From the NCBI GenBank assembly GCA_964291285.2, contig OZ219788.1, positions 480,001-544,000 of the forward strand: 64,000 bases of DNA, in the 5' to 3' direction. The DNA is from Alphaproteobacteria bacterium. GTDB taxonomy: Bacteria > Pseudomonadota > Alphaproteobacteria > Bin95. Of the stretch, positions 1-10,477 are shown in pieces. Under the pieces are notes generated by a model. It worked only from the letters and a program-made list of their open reading frames with translations. It had not been told where the DNA came from and ran no database searches. Numbering within the stretch: the stretch's first letter is position 1; each line of letters starts with the position of its first letter. The position numbers and the translations under genes were made by a program.

Positions 1-69
1 GGCGGCGTAGATGCGGGTGACCCGCTTCACGGCGGTTTCGTGGATGCGGGCGCGGATCGTCCGGTTCAT
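1..69 (-). CDS. 5' end of a gene running off the window edge (MNRTIRARIHETAVKRVTRIYAA...), possibly an ATP-binding protein
   Basis: ATG at 69 on the minus strand with a GGAGG RBS about 8 nt upstream, co-oriented with the ParB operon. Only 23 codons are visible, so the product is a guess. Confidence 0.4.
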   Translation of the reverse strand, partial: MNRTIRARIHETAVKRVTRIYAA

Positions 70-177
70 GGACGGACCTCCATGGATTGCTGAAACGGAA
101 ACGCCCCGCCGGCGCTGCCCAGGGTCTGAAGCCCGGAGCAATGCGCCGGCGGGGCGTCTTGCGGGGTCTGCGGTCGC

Positions 178-2577
178 CTACCGGACCTGGCGGAGGAACT
201 CGGGGATCTCCGTCGGGTGGGCGGCCTGCCCGTTGACCGGACCGGTCGCCCCGATACCGTCCGGCCCGTTCGCGGCGACCGTGCCGGGACCGGCCTCCCC
301 GGCATCGCCCGGATCGGTCTCAGGAGCGGTATCGCCCGCGTCGGCGGCGCCGTTGCCGGCCTCCGCCGCTGCGCCTTCCGGGGGTTCCGGTTCGGCAGCG
401 GTCTGCGTCGCATGACCGTTGCCGGCCGGCGCCGCCGGACCGGTTCCGGAGGTCGCTTCGGCACCTTCCGGGGTTGCGGCGGTTCCGGCGGCGTCCGTCG
501 CCGCATCCCCGGCATCGCCGACCGTGCGCCCGGTGTCGAACGCGGTGAAGCCGGGCGGCGTCCAGGCGAGCGCGGCGGCGTGCATGGCGGCGCTCACCCC
601 GACCGGTGGATCGCCGGCGGCGAAGGCGGCCTCCATCGCCTCGGCGAGCGCGGGCTTCCTGTATTTCGACCGCGCCGAGGCCCAGTTGATGCCGAACACC
701 GTGCGGGCGATGTCGAGGACCCGCGCCTTGGAAATCCGCGACCACAGCATCGGCCCCGTCGGGCGCACATGCTGCGCGAAGTCGATGCCGAGCCGGGCCA
801 CCGTGGCTTCGAGTTCGGGCCGCGCCTGCGGCTCGAAGGCGAGCTGGCCCTTCACCGTGCGCGCGACGCAGGCCGCGAACAGCGCCTGCTTCTCCGCCGG
901 GGGCAAGGCCCGGAGCGCCGCGAAGGATCCGCCGTCGTCCTCGATGGTCAGCCAGTCGAGCGACAGGTGCGAGCGGTCTGCCAGCATGGCCTCGCCCGGC
1001 GACCAGGCCGCGAAACCGGCATCGTTCATGCGGGTCATGGGCCTGTCGGGGGTTTCCTTGACCGCGATGTCGAGGGCGTGGCCGTGACGGCCCGGCGCGA
1101 ACACGGCGCGGCCCATCTGGAACAGCGCGAGGTCGAAGGCGGCATCGAAGTCGCAGGCGAGATGCGCCTTGACCAGCGCGGTGCGGATCGCGCGCAGGTC
1201 GTCGGCGAGCCCGACGCCGACGCCCGCCTCCCTGCGCGCCTCGGATTCGGGGTCCTTCGGCGGCGCCATGGGCGTCGAGATGGGCGGATTGACGGACGGG
1301 CCTGCGGGGCGGTCGTCATGGCCGACGGTGTGGGCATCTTGCGCGGCGGCGTGCGCGCCGTGGCCGTTGCCGGCGGCGCCGGTTTCCGCCGGCATGTCTT
1401 CGGGCTTCACCAGGCCCTGGATGACCTGCATCGCGCCGTCATGGCCGACGGTGACGATGCAGCCGGCGATCGCGAAGTCCTCGCGCCGGAACACCGCGCG
1501 CGCCTCGACGGCGGCCTCGATCCCGTCGAGCCGTGCCTCGACGGCCTCCGCTTCGGCGGCCAGTTCGCCGGTCCACTCGTCGTCATCGAGATTGACGAGT
1601 TCGTCGTGGCGGGTCGTCAGCTTGTCGATCTCGGCCCGCTCCGCGTCGGTCGGCGTACCGGGCCGGGGCTCGATGCGGCCGTAGCGGGCGGTGTCGCTCC
1701 AGTCGACCTCGACCATGGGGACAGCCCACTTCCAGCGCGTCGCCAGCTCGTCGGCGGCGGCCCGGAGCTTCTCCGCCGCCAGCTTCTCCAGCAGCACCGG
1801 GTCCTCGAACCAGACGCCGTGCTCGCATTCGTCGGCGAACAGGTCGCGCATGACCTGGCCGCCCGCGGCCTCGTAGGCATCGACCCCGACGAAGCGGGCG
1901 ACGGCCGAGGCGCCCGGCACGCGCTCTTCGGTCAGCAGGCGCTTCACCTGCCAGGCCGACGGGCGGCCGGCCTGTCCGGAGAGTTGTTCCCATACCGTCA
2001 TCTGGCGCGCGCGGTCGGCGGTGACGGCGAAGGCCTTGAGCACTTCGAGGTCGATCCCGCCGGCCCGGTAGGCGTCCAGAAGCTCGGGCGCGGCGTTGCC
2101 GAGGCGCAGGCGCTGCTCGACGGTGCGCTCGGAGGCGCCGAACCGCGCCGCGATGGCGGCAACCGGCTGCCCGGCGTCGGCCAGTCTCGTGAACGCGACC
2201 ACCTGGTCGGCCGGGTGCATGGCGATGCGGACCACGTTCTCGGCGAGCGAGAGTTCGGCCGGCTCGGCGTCGCCGGTCCTGACCAGGCAGGGCACCGGGT
2301 GGTCGGCGTCGAGCGCCTTGTCCCCGGCCAGTTCCTGCATGGCCTTGAGGCGGCGTCCGCCGGCGACCACGGCATAGCGCCCGATGCCGTCCGAACCGGG
2401 TTCCTCGGGCCGGACGACCAGGTTCTCCAGCAGGCCGAGGGCGGCGATGGAGGCCTTGAGCTCGGCGTCGGCCCGGGCATCGGGCGGGGTCTTGCGGACG
2501 TTCTCGGGGGCGAGGCCGAGCCGGGCGAGCGGGATGTCCCGGATCGGCGGCGCGGCCCCGGGGGCGATGAAGTTCAT
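178..2577 (-). CDS. ParB/RepB/Spo0J-family protein, long ICE/plasmid type with low-complexity C-terminal tail
   Basis: ParB N-terminal motifs (NVRK, GLLENLVV, VAGGRRLKA, SLAENVVR) followed by an HTH region. Start moved to MNFIAPG, which has a GGAG RBS. Confidence 0.85.
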   Translation of the reverse strand: MNFIAPGAAPPIRDIPLARLGLAPENVRKTPPDARADAELKASIAALGLLENLVVRPEEPGSDGIGRYAVVAGGRRLKAMQELAGDKALDADHPVPCLVRTGDAEPAELSLAENVVRIAMHPADQVVAFTRLADAGQPVAAIAARFGASERTVEQRLRLGNAAPELLDAYRAGGIDLEVLKAFAVTADRARQMTVWEQLSGQAGRPSAWQVKRLLTEERVPGASAVARFVGVDAYEAAGGQVMRDLFADECEHGVWFEDPVLLEKLAAEKLRAAADELATRWKWAVPMVEVDWSDTARYGRIEPRPGTPTDAERAEIDKLTTRHDELVNLDDDEWTGELAAEAEAVEARLDGIEAAVEARAVFRREDFAIAGCIVTVGHDGAMQVIQGLVKPEDMPAETGAAGNGHGAHAAAQDAHTVGHDDRPAGPSVNPPISTPMAPPKDPESEARREAGVGVGLADDLRAIRTALVKAHLACDFDAAFDLALFQMGRAVFAPGRHGHALDIAVKETPDRPMTRMNDAGFAAWSPGEAMLADRSHLSLDWLTIEDDGGSFAALRALPPAEKQALFAACVARTVKGQLAFEPQARPELEATVARLGIDFAQHVRPTGPMLWSRISKARVLDIARTVFGINWASARSKYRKPALAEAMEAAFAAGDPPVGVSAAMHAAALAWTPPGFTAFDTGRTVGDAGDAATDAAGTAATPEGAEATSGTGPAAPAGNGHATQTAAEPEPPEGAAAEAGNGAADAGDTAPETDPGDAGEAGPGTVAANGPDGIGATGPVNGQAAHPTEIPEFLRQVR

Positions 2578-2909
2578 GCCAGTCTCCATGGAGGGTTGCG
2601 GACGGTCGGCGCGGGCGGCCCACTCCGGCTGCCCCGCGCCTGCCCGGACCGCCGCCCCGCTCCGGCTCCGGGCGGTGCGGTCCGGCGGGCGCCGGCGCCG
2701 GATACGGGCCGACGGTGCGGTGCGGCGGTATCGGAAACGGCGGCAGACGGCGCGCGGCCGGAAGTGGTCCGGCCGGCGCTGCTGCGGGCGGGGAGCGGCG
2801 GTCAGCCCCGCGTCACGGGGTCGGATGCGCAGGCGGCCGGCAGCGCCGGGGGCCGCCGGCAGACGAAGGCGCCGTGGAGGGTCGGGAAGCGGCGCGCCGC
2901 CGTCGGAGG

Positions 2910-4268
2910 TCAGGCGGCGATGTCGATGCGCTCGCCCCAGGGCGCGGGTCGCCGCCACGGGCCCTCCCCGTGGTCGCACCACAGCACCGGGAACGGGGGC
3001 TCCGTCGACGGATATCGGGAGCACTCCATGTCCGTGAAGTAGAGGCACACGCCCGGCTGTATCCCCTGCTCGTCGAGCCACTCGAAGCCCGGGCGGAAGT
3101 CCGTGCCGCCCCGGCCCCTGACGGCGATTTCGTCGGGAAGCTCGTCTGGCGCGTATTCCGCCGCGTCCTGCACCGCGGCGTCGACCTGGAGCACGACGAC
3201 GCGGCCGGGCCGGATCTCACTGGCGACCTCGCGCAGCTCCGCCCAGAACTCCGCCAGGGTGGCCGCCGGCAGCGAGCCCGAGGTGTCGATGATGACGGCG
3301 ATGGCGTCCATGCCCTCGGAATGGATTGAGGGGAGATAGAGGCCGGAGTCGATGAAGCGCCGGTTGGGGACGCTCCAGCTGTAGTCGCTCTTCACGGCGT
3401 CGGTCATGTAGCGCCGGAGCAGCGAGCGCCAGTCGAGCGCACTCGCATGGGCGCCGCGCACGGTTTCCTCGACCGCGCCGGGCAACCGGCCTTCGGCCCT
3501 GGCGAGACCGAGCGCCTGGTGCATGGCCTCGTCCCAGGCCTGTTCCTCCCGCGTCATGTCGCCCGGCGAAGGCGCGGCGTCCCCGGCGCCGCCCGCCGGC
3601 GCGTCCATGACCTCGCCGGTGCCCGACGGATCGCAGCTTGCGTCGCCGCCGTTGTCATCGTTGCCGGAACCGCCGTCATCGTTCGAGGCGTCTGCCGAAC
3701 CATCCGCCTTCCCGTCATCGCCGCTACCGGATTGCTCCCCGTCATCGCCCCGGTCGGATGGGCCGCTTCCGCCGGGCATGGGAGCGCCTGGCGAACCGGC
3801 GCCGGCGTCTCCGCCGCCGGACGGCGGATTGCCGGCATCGCTCGACCCGTCGTCCTCCGGTTCCGGTTCCGGCAGGCGGTCATAGGCTTCCTCGACGCTG
3901 ATCCCGTCCCAGGCTTCGGCGTCGGGCGGCAGTGTGAAGCCGGCATCCCTCAGCAGCCCGTGGGTGACGAGCTGGGAGGCGCGCTGCCAGCGCTCCGGGT
4001 CGCGCTCGCCCCGCCGCGTGTGGTGCTTGAGCGCGCAGGCCAGCACCACGCGGGCGATCGCGGTCTCGATCAGGTGGGCGTCGGTCTCCGCGATCCATTG
4101 CGGCGAATAGCGGATCTCCCGTCCGTCGCTCGCCAGCGTCTCGCGGCCCGCGTCGGCTCGGACCGGCAGGCGAAGCGCCAGGCTGCCGAAGAAGGGCTGC
4201 TCCCGCAGCAGCGCCGTCACGCAGCGGCTCACCCGCTGCGCCGACTCCGGGCAAGGGCGGGCGCCCAT
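2910..4268 (-). CDS. Putative metallopeptidase-like / vWA domain protein (DUF2201-like)
   Basis: N-terminal PFFGSLAL...TLASDG...LKHHTRRG region, an acidic Gly/Asp linker, and a C-terminal vWA MIDAS (IDTSGS ... GRGGTDF ... YFTD). The ATG overlaps the upstream stop (TGATG). Confidence 0.8.
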   Translation of the reverse strand: MGARPCPESAQRVSRCVTALLREQPFFGSLALRLPVRADAGRETLASDGREIRYSPQWIAETDAHLIETAIARVVLACALKHHTRRGERDPERWQRASQLVTHGLLRDAGFTLPPDAEAWDGISVEEAYDRLPEPEPEDDGSSDAGNPPSGGGDAGAGSPGAPMPGGSGPSDRGDDGEQSGSGDDGKADGSADASNDDGGSGNDDNGGDASCDPSGTGEVMDAPAGGAGDAAPSPGDMTREEQAWDEAMHQALGLARAEGRLPGAVEETVRGAHASALDWRSLLRRYMTDAVKSDYSWSVPNRRFIDSGLYLPSIHSEGMDAIAVIIDTSGSLPAATLAEFWAELREVASEIRPGRVVVLQVDAAVQDAAEYAPDELPDEIAVRGRGGTDFRPGFEWLDEQGIQPGVCLYFTDMECSRYPSTEPPFPVLWCDHGEGPWRRPAPWGERIDIAA

Positions 4269-5160
4269 CACGCGGCCTCCCGCGCCGGGGAGACCTCCGC
4301 CGCGAAATATCCCGCGAACCTCTCCGCCAGCGCATCCGCGTCGCGCTTCACCCGCGCGCGGGCGACCGGATCGAAACTCTTCGACGGCCTGAGCGCGTCC
4401 GGCTCGACGCCGGCGATCTTCTCCTTCACCTGCCCGCAGAGCCGGGCGAGTTCGTCGTCGCCGAAGATATTCAGCCGCGGCACGATGTCGACAAGGTCGC
4501 GGATGTTGCCGATCATCGAGTCCCGGAACACCAGCGGCTTGCCCTCGCCGTCCTCCCGCAGGCGTTCGGAGACCCGCTCCACGGCCTCGCCGAGGCGCCG
4601 GTAGAGGTCGCCCACCGCATCGTGCAGCCGCTCCTCCACCTGGCTCTCGATGTCGCGCTTCACCCGGTCGGTGTCGTCGGAGGCGAGCTTCGCCATGAAG
4701 TGGTCGGCACCGGGACGATCCGCCAGCGCAGGCCGAACCTGTCCCGGAGGTCTTCCTTCGAGGGATAGTCCCCGATGCGGAACAGCTTGCCGAGGTCGAG
4801 CCGGGCCTTTTCGATATTGTCGTCATAGTCCTCGATGAAGCGGGCGCGCTCGCGCACCATGCGCTCGCGCAAGCCGTCCATCAGCCCGGTGTAGCGCTCG
4901 TGGTTGGCGACGGGGAGCAGCCGGCTCCCCCGGTCGTCCCAGGGCAGGGTCTGGGCGTCGTGGGCCGCGCGCGCCGCGCTGACGGTGGCGTTGATGGCGG
5001 CGAAGGCGGCCCTGGGCAGCAGGCACTTGTTGTAGCGCCCGGCGCTGACGCTCGCCTCGTGGTGGACGGCGACATGGGTGCTGGCCTGCCGGTCATGGAG
5101 CCGGCCCGACCAGGCGGCGATGCGCAGGCTGACCAGCATGGCGTCGTGGCTGAGGTTCAT
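4268..5160 (-). pseudogene. DUF3150-like protein, frameshifted near 4700-4710
   Basis: MNLSHDAMLVSLRIAAWSG...TLPWDDRG...YPS...IVPVP continues in another frame as DHFMAKLASDD...RLNIFGD. The two ORFs (4660-5160 and 4268-4696) read as one protein. Confidence 0.65.
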
Positions 5161-5308
5161 CGGCGTTGTCTCCCTTGCAGTGGTTATCGGAGGGTCCATA
5201 CGGGGACGTTCGGAGCGGCGGCGAGACCGGATGCCCGCACGGCGCAGCTGCGCGACGGCGCGTCTCCCGGCGGGTAGTGGATGAGTCGCCGGACCGCGGG
5301 ATCCTCCG

Positions 5309-6322
5309 TCATTGCGTGCGCGCGGCGGCCCAGCGGATGAAGGCGGGCGAGTGCTGGAGGGCGGGGTCGCGCCGGATGCAGGACCCGACCAGGAACTCGC
5401 CGACCTCGCGGCGCAGGCGCCCGGCATAGGTGACGATGGCGTCGAGCGTGATGTCGTCGGCCATGCGGTAGAGCGCGCCGCAGAGCGCGATCAGCGCGCT
5501 GGCATTGTCCGGCACGACCGCGTTCCCGGGATCGTCCAGCACGGCCCGGGGATGGGGCAGTTCGCGCCACACCTTGAGGAAGGCCGCGAACTCCACCGCC
5601 GCCGCCTCGCCCACCGTGCCCCGGAACAGCGCCCGCTCGACCGAGGGGTCGAGACCGGCGCGCCGGCTGACGATGCCGGAGACCATCTCCCAGGTGCGGG
5701 GGCAGCAGAACGCCTTCTCCTGCGGGTCGAAGCAGTGCAGCAGGTCGGGGCGCATCCGGATGTAGAACAGCACCTCGGGCGCGATGCCGTTGGCCGCCCC
5801 CCAGGCGAGCCAGTCTTCCGCGTCCACCCGGACCTCCAGATGGACGAAGCGCGACGCCAGTGGCGTCGGCATGCGGTGGACCACGCCGCGGTCGCTCTCG
5901 CGGTTGCCGCAGGCGATCAGCGAGGCGCCCTCGGGCAGTTCGTATTCGCCCACCTTGCGGTCGAGCACCAGCTGGTAGAGCGCCGCCTGCACCATCGGCA
6001 CGGCGGACGGCAATTCCTCCAGGTTGATGAGCCAGCGGCCCGGATCGTCTGCCGGCGGCAGGAAGGCGGGCGGCGCCCAGCGGGTGCGCCCGTCGGCGTC
6101 GCGCCACGGGATGCCGCGCAGGTCCACCGGATCGAGCAGCAGCGCGCGGACATCGACATAGCGGCGCGAACCCTCGGCGGCGGCCTGCTGCGCGAGCGCG
6201 CTCTTGGCGCAGCCCGGCGCGCCCCAAAGGATCGTCGGCTGGCGCGCTTCGACCAGCAGCGCCAGGGTCGGCGCAAGCTCGCTCGGACGCAGCGTGTAGT
6301 CGGCGGAAACGGTGTCGGTCAT
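5309..6322 (-). CDS. MoxR-like AAA+ ATPase
   Basis: Walker A GAPGCAKS, Walker B INLEE, ACGN sensor and LASRF arginine finger. Lies in an operon with a vWA gene. Confidence 0.85.
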   Translation of the reverse strand: MTDTVSADYTLRPSELAPTLALLVEARQPTILWGAPGCAKSALAQQAAAEGSRRYVDVRALLLDPVDLRGIPWRDADGRTRWAPPAFLPPADDPGRWLINLEELPSAVPMVQAALYQLVLDRKVGEYELPEGASLIACGNRESDRGVVHRMPTPLASRFVHLEVRVDAEDWLAWGAANGIAPEVLFYIRMRPDLLHCFDPQEKAFCCPRTWEMVSGIVSRRAGLDPSVERALFRGTVGEAAAVEFAAFLKVWRELPHPRAVLDDPGNAVVPDNASALIALCGALYRMADDITLDAIVTYAGRLRREVGEFLVGSCIRRDPALQHSPAFIRWAAARTQ

Positions 6323-6831
6323 CGGCAGCCTCCGGAATGGCGGAAATACGGCGCGGGCTCCCTCCGGGCGCCCGGCCGTTCACCCGAACCTCCGCGGCCC
6401 TTTCCTCATCGTGCCGGGGGAGCTTGTGCCGGCGCGCCAGGCGGAGGCCGCGCAGGGCGGCAGTGTGCGGTCAGGCGCCGACCGGGTCCGCCGGGTCTTC
6501 GAGGTCGCCGCCGCCAGCCAAGGAAACGCGGGTCGGTTCCGGCAGCGGCCTGCCGATGGCAGGATGTCCGGCTGCCAGGCGCGGCGCGTGTTGAAACCGG
6601 CCTGCGGACGGGTTATGGGTTGCAGCGGCGGGTTCGCTGCGGCCGTGCGGGCGCGGCAGCTTGGAATTCGACAGGAATTCACTACGGGGGATGAGGTCAT
6701 GACAGTGACGCCGGGCGATGGCGGGATGCATGACCTGCGGCTCTTCGGGCGGGGCATGAGCGCCTCACGCGCGCGAACCCGAACTCGTTGTACCCCCTCC
6801 CTCTCAAGAGTCAGGGCTAGGGGCTGAGCCG

Positions 6832-7047
6832 GTGGGCGCCCTCGGGAGAACCGCCCGCCGCCTGAGCGCGGGACTCGCCTTCGTCTTCTTCGCGCTGGTG
6901 GTGCTCTCCGCACCCGAAAATGCGCATGCGGCCAAGACCGTCACCATATCGACCGCGTCAACCACGATCACCGAGGGCGATTCCGGCAAGAAGGATGTGA
7001 CGATCAACGTCAAGCTCGGGGAAGGTAAGCGTTCGTTCGTACGGTGA
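6832..7047 (+). pseudogene. Truncated secreted protein (signal peptide plus start of a Calx-beta-like domain)
   Basis: Hydrophobic signal peptide ending in AHA, then TTITEGDSGKKDVTINVKL. It is cut at ~7025, where an IS66-like terminus (GTAAGCGTTC) begins. Confidence 0.5.
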
Positions 7048-7770
7048 GGTGTTGCTGTTTTCGTCCGTTCGACGGGCTTTCGTCAGGGAGTTCCAGCGTC
7101 ACCTGGAGCGGTTTCGTGCGCCGCCGGGCCGGATGCGCGGTGAGGTTGGCGGGCACTGGCGCCATGCCGTGTTTTTCGCATTGGTTGCCGTTTGTCCCGG
7201 CGCTGCGGAGGAGGAGCTGACCGCCATCCTGTGCCGGTTGCAGGGTTCGGCGATTGAGAGTCCGCTTCCTGTCCTTGCGGAGCGGGTAGAGCCAGATGTC
7301 CTTCTTCGGCTTGTCGGCCCTGTCATGTCGGTCGTAGCGGCCGCGCCCCCTGGTTGTTCCGACGCGGATCTGGCCCGCGGCCCGGTAGACGCCGCCGCTG
7401 TGGCGCGGGACCTCGACCAAGGTCTCGCAGGGCGTGGTGTTGTAGCGCGCGGTCCAGTCTCCATGCGGCGGTCAAGAAGCCGAGCATGGCCAGCGGCTCG
7501 CCGTTCCGGTCATGGACCGCGCATCTGCCCGACCAGGCGCGTGTATCCGAGGTAGTGTCAGCGGACGACGAACTCGTTCCACAACCGGCTTTCCCGGGTG
7601 CCCACGATTCGGAAGTCAGCGGGCGGAGCTCGTCGAGGGTCTTCGGGGCGGCAAGCGGCGGCGGCTCGGTGTCCGCCCCGAACGTGATCAGCTTCGGGGC
7701 CGGCGGGGTCCGGGCTGGCGGCAGCAGAAGGCGCGGACGATGGCCGAACGGGTCTGCTCCGTGATCGTCA
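7025..7770 (-). mobile_element. Degenerate IS66-like element remnant containing a DUF4338 pseudogene (~7240-7740)
   Basis: Across frameshifts and a stop it reads SRLWNEFVVR*HYLGY...AMLGF..AAWRL...YRAA...GTTRGRGRYDR...KKDIWLYPL. A GTAAGCG terminus sits at 7025. Confidence 0.6.
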
Positions 7771-7844
7771 CCCGTGGTGGCCTTGTATTCGAGCGTTTCC
7801 GACTCTCCGGCGGCAACGATTGCGTAAATCTGCTCAGGCGTCAT
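7770..7844 (-). pseudogene. N-terminal remnant of an AlbA_2/Schlafen-domain gene
   Basis: MTPEQIYAIVAAGESETLEYKATTG matches the GES.tLEfK start of AlbA_2 domains. It is truncated by the DUF4338 element. Confidence 0.55.
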
Positions 7845-7883
7845 GGGCTATTACCATCGCGGGGTCCCGCACTATGCGTGCTT

Positions 7884-9791
7884 CTATGGAATCGCTTCCG
7901 AACCCATATCGGTTGGTAAGGGCTCCAAGGTCTGCACGATCTCCTCCAGAATATCGAATACCTTTTCAAAGTGCCGAAAGTCTTGGTCCGTGCCTTCGTT
8001 ACGTAGCCAATCGCAGAGATTTCTTTTCTCGTCCTTATTTACACTCCAACATTCTGGAACTTGCTCTTGCCGTCCTCTAATGGTTCTGGCATGAGATGAG
8101 GCGATATCTATAAATTTCGGGTGATGTTTCCGAGCCCTCTCCAAAGTTGTCCTATCAAAAAGATTTTCGACTCCTTTCTTTATGGGATGATTTTGGAAGT
8201 AAGGCATTTTCCTTTTGTAGATGCTGGCTTCCTTGTCTTCCCTGTCTTGGCTTTCCGGATCATGCAGCAAGATTATCGTCTTTTCAGACAATGTGCCAAA
8301 ATTTACAAGCTTTTTTAAGCTCGTCCACATCATCTTCAGGTTTCCATTACCCCCAGAGCATTCAATTTCGAATTTTTCCAGGACATCATTTTTTCCAAGG
8401 AACGTTGCCGCACTCCTAAGGTAATCCCGATCTGTTTCACCTTCGACGATTATCATCAAATGTTGTGCATTTTCAACCAAATACCGAACCTCATTTGAAA
8501 ATCTTGTAGTGTCCTTATACGCCTGAAATGCTTGATCGAACTCGTCAAACTCCTCTGGAGAGATGCGAGAGCCGCTCGGAAGGTCGTAGATCTCGAATCC
8601 GTCGTCTCCAAACACCTTTGCCATTCCGAGGGCAAACAACACCGAATGCGTAGTCATTACAAACTGAATTTGAGGAAACATCCGAATCAGTGTCGGGAGT
8701 ATATCGTGCTGATGTCGTGCATGAAGATGCAGGTCAACCTCATCAACTACTACAACCCCTTTCACGTTTTCGATCGAAGTAAAAGGCATATTCCGCGCTT
8801 CCCTGAGATCAAAATCCCTCAGTATGGAAAAAAATAGTGTTAACAGAGTCATCTCTCCGCTGGACAGCTGGAAGAGATTGGGGACCAATGGCTGCTGATC
8901 GCCCTCCAAGCTTATGACTCGATTGTGTCTCCCGCCGATGCCAAACCGAAGATTTCTCTTTGCAGCCAATTCTGGCATAACGGCACGCAAGACTTCCAGT
9001 ACCGAATTGTACATATTTGTTGCATCGCCTTGATACCCAAGAAACAGGGGAAGCGTTGTAGTTTGCTTCTGCTCCTTATCCGAAGTAGCGGGAAGGGCAA
9101 TGGGAAAGTTGCCCGAGTGTATTTCGAAAGCTGCACGGTCATAGACAACGTCATACAACCAATCGTGGATGTCTCGAAGCGGCGAGTGAGCGATCAATCG
9201 ACGTCGAGTTTCTCCTTTCAGGCGAGAGCCCTGTGTATAATGTGGCTTGGCGCGTAGATTGCCCTCATTCAGCCAAGCTGGTTCTTCAGTACGATTGGAT
9301 GGAAAATAGAGTAAACAATTTTCTGATATTATGTTTTTTACGGCCGTGCTGTGTGAAGGATCCAGTATGTTGGATTTGAAGTGATCCATTTCTTCGTTAT
9401 CGAAGTGAGCTTCCCAAGCATCAAACCCGGGATTGCCGTCTGTCATCGGTGCTTGGGTATACTCTCCTTTTGGCTTTCTCAGGCGGAGTTCTTGAATAAA
9501 ATATTCAGGACGAAAGTCACACCTAGCATAGTAATATTCGGCTTCAACGGAGATGTAGGAGCTGCTGCGCAGCTTGAATACCCTGCCGGCATCCAATTCT
9601 CTCGAGTCCGGATAAACGCTGTCCTTGGCCATCACCATGGCATTGACTATGTGGGAAAGGACTATGGTCTTGCCGGAGCCGTTTTCGCCAACAAGCAGAA
9701 CGGGTTTCGGGCGATCTCCGTCGAACGGGAAGTGGAGGTCCAGATTCCGGAGCGGGCCGTAGTTCGCCAGCTGAAGCCGTGTCAGGTACAT
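7884..9791 (-). CDS. ABC-type (AAA_21/SMC-like) ATPase fused to a TOPRIM domain (OLD-like nuclease), probable defence gene
   Basis: GENGSGKT, LSSGE signature, VVVDEVD and TTHS H-loop, followed by the TOPRIM motif IIVEGETD. GC content is visibly lower than the flanks. Confidence 0.75.
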   Translation of the reverse strand: MYLTRLQLANYGPLRNLDLHFPFDGDRPKPVLLVGENGSGKTIVLSHIVNAMVMAKDSVYPDSRELDAGRVFKLRSSSYISVEAEYYYARCDFRPEYFIQELRLRKPKGEYTQAPMTDGNPGFDAWEAHFDNEEMDHFKSNILDPSHSTAVKNIISENCLLYFPSNRTEEPAWLNEGNLRAKPHYTQGSRLKGETRRRLIAHSPLRDIHDWLYDVVYDRAAFEIHSGNFPIALPATSDKEQKQTTTLPLFLGYQGDATNMYNSVLEVLRAVMPELAAKRNLRFGIGGRHNRVISLEGDQQPLVPNLFQLSSGEMTLLTLFFSILRDFDLREARNMPFTSIENVKGVVVVDEVDLHLHARHQHDILPTLIRMFPQIQFVMTTHSVLFALGMAKVFGDDGFEIYDLPSGSRISPEEFDEFDQAFQAYKDTTRFSNEVRYLVENAQHLMIIVEGETDRDYLRSAATFLGKNDVLEKFEIECSGGNGNLKMMWTSLKKLVNFGTLSEKTIILLHDPESQDREDKEASIYKRKMPYFQNHPIKKGVENLFDRTTLERARKHHPKFIDIASSHARTIRGRQEQVPECWSVNKDEKRNLCDWLRNEGTDQDFRHFEKVFDILEEIVQTLEPLPTDMGSEAIP

Positions 9792-9881
9792 GTGGTCATT
9801 CCCTTGGATGGTCGGTGCTTTAGCACCAGGTCAGCATCCGCCAAGAGGCGGAAGTTCCTGACCGTGACTTTATGAAGGTGC

Positions 9882-9937
9882 ATGTGCGGACCTGTGTATG
9901 TGCGGACCTGTGTGTCGGGGGATGTGTGTGTGTGTGT
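9882..9937. repeat. 16-bp direct tandem repeat x2 (ATGTGCGGACCTGTGT) plus (TG)7 microsatellite
   Basis: Read directly: units at 9882-9897 and 9898-9913, TG run at 9923-9937. Confidence 0.85.
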
Positions 9938-10240
9938 CGGGCAGGCGAGGTCGAGTTTCCCTGAAGCTCCGAGAGTACAGTTCCCAGCAGCCGAAAGCAC
10001 CATGATCCGGAAGGAACCCAAGTCAGGTGCATAACACAGACTCCACGCGGCCGCACCTCAGTGGCGCGGACCGCGCCTGCCGTTCGGCGAGACGCCGCTC
10101 GGGCGTACTGCCGCGGGTGTCGGCCTCGATGCCCGCCTTCGGCAGGGTGCAGGCGTTGTCCAAACCAGCGAAGCCACGCTTGCTCCTGCGCCCGTCCGGT
10201 GTAAAATACACCAGATGGGTTGGGTGAGGAGTCGAAGCTC

Positions 10241-10477
10241 ATGGGTCGGCCAAGGCAGAACAAGCAGACCGCCCGGCTGAGCGTCAGCTTCGAGAAAGCG
10301 GATTATGAGCAGGTTGCCGCGATTGCCGAAGCCAACGATGTGTCCACCGCGTGGATCATCCGGCAGGCCGTCACCGCTTATCTGGACGCTTACCGAGATT
10401 CGGCGCTTCCTTTTGATCCACGGCGTGGGCAAACGCCGGAACGCGCGCCGGTAACCGAGGGAAGGCGGGGCTCGTGA
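10241..10477 (+). CDS. CopG/ribbon-helix-helix transcriptional regulator
   Basis: RLSVSF beta strand, then helices YEQVAAIAEAN and STAWIIRQAV. GAGGAG RBS upstream. Confidence 0.75.
   Translation: MGRPRQNKQTARLSVSFEKADYEQVAAIAEANDVSTAWIIRQAVTAYLDAYRDSALPFDPRRGQTPERAPVTEGRRGS

Noticed and set aside
217-3042. Long antisense or alternate-frame ORFs (e.g. 217-3042, 24258-26609, 46722-49673, 55790-58030, 59544-61673)
   Set aside because: These are shadow ORFs of high-GC genes with no recognisable motifs; the opposite strand has clear family signatures.
7240-7740. Druantia DruA defence gene
   Set aside because: The DUF4338 sequence is broken by a stop and frameshifts, lies next to an IS66-like end, and no DruE helicase is present.
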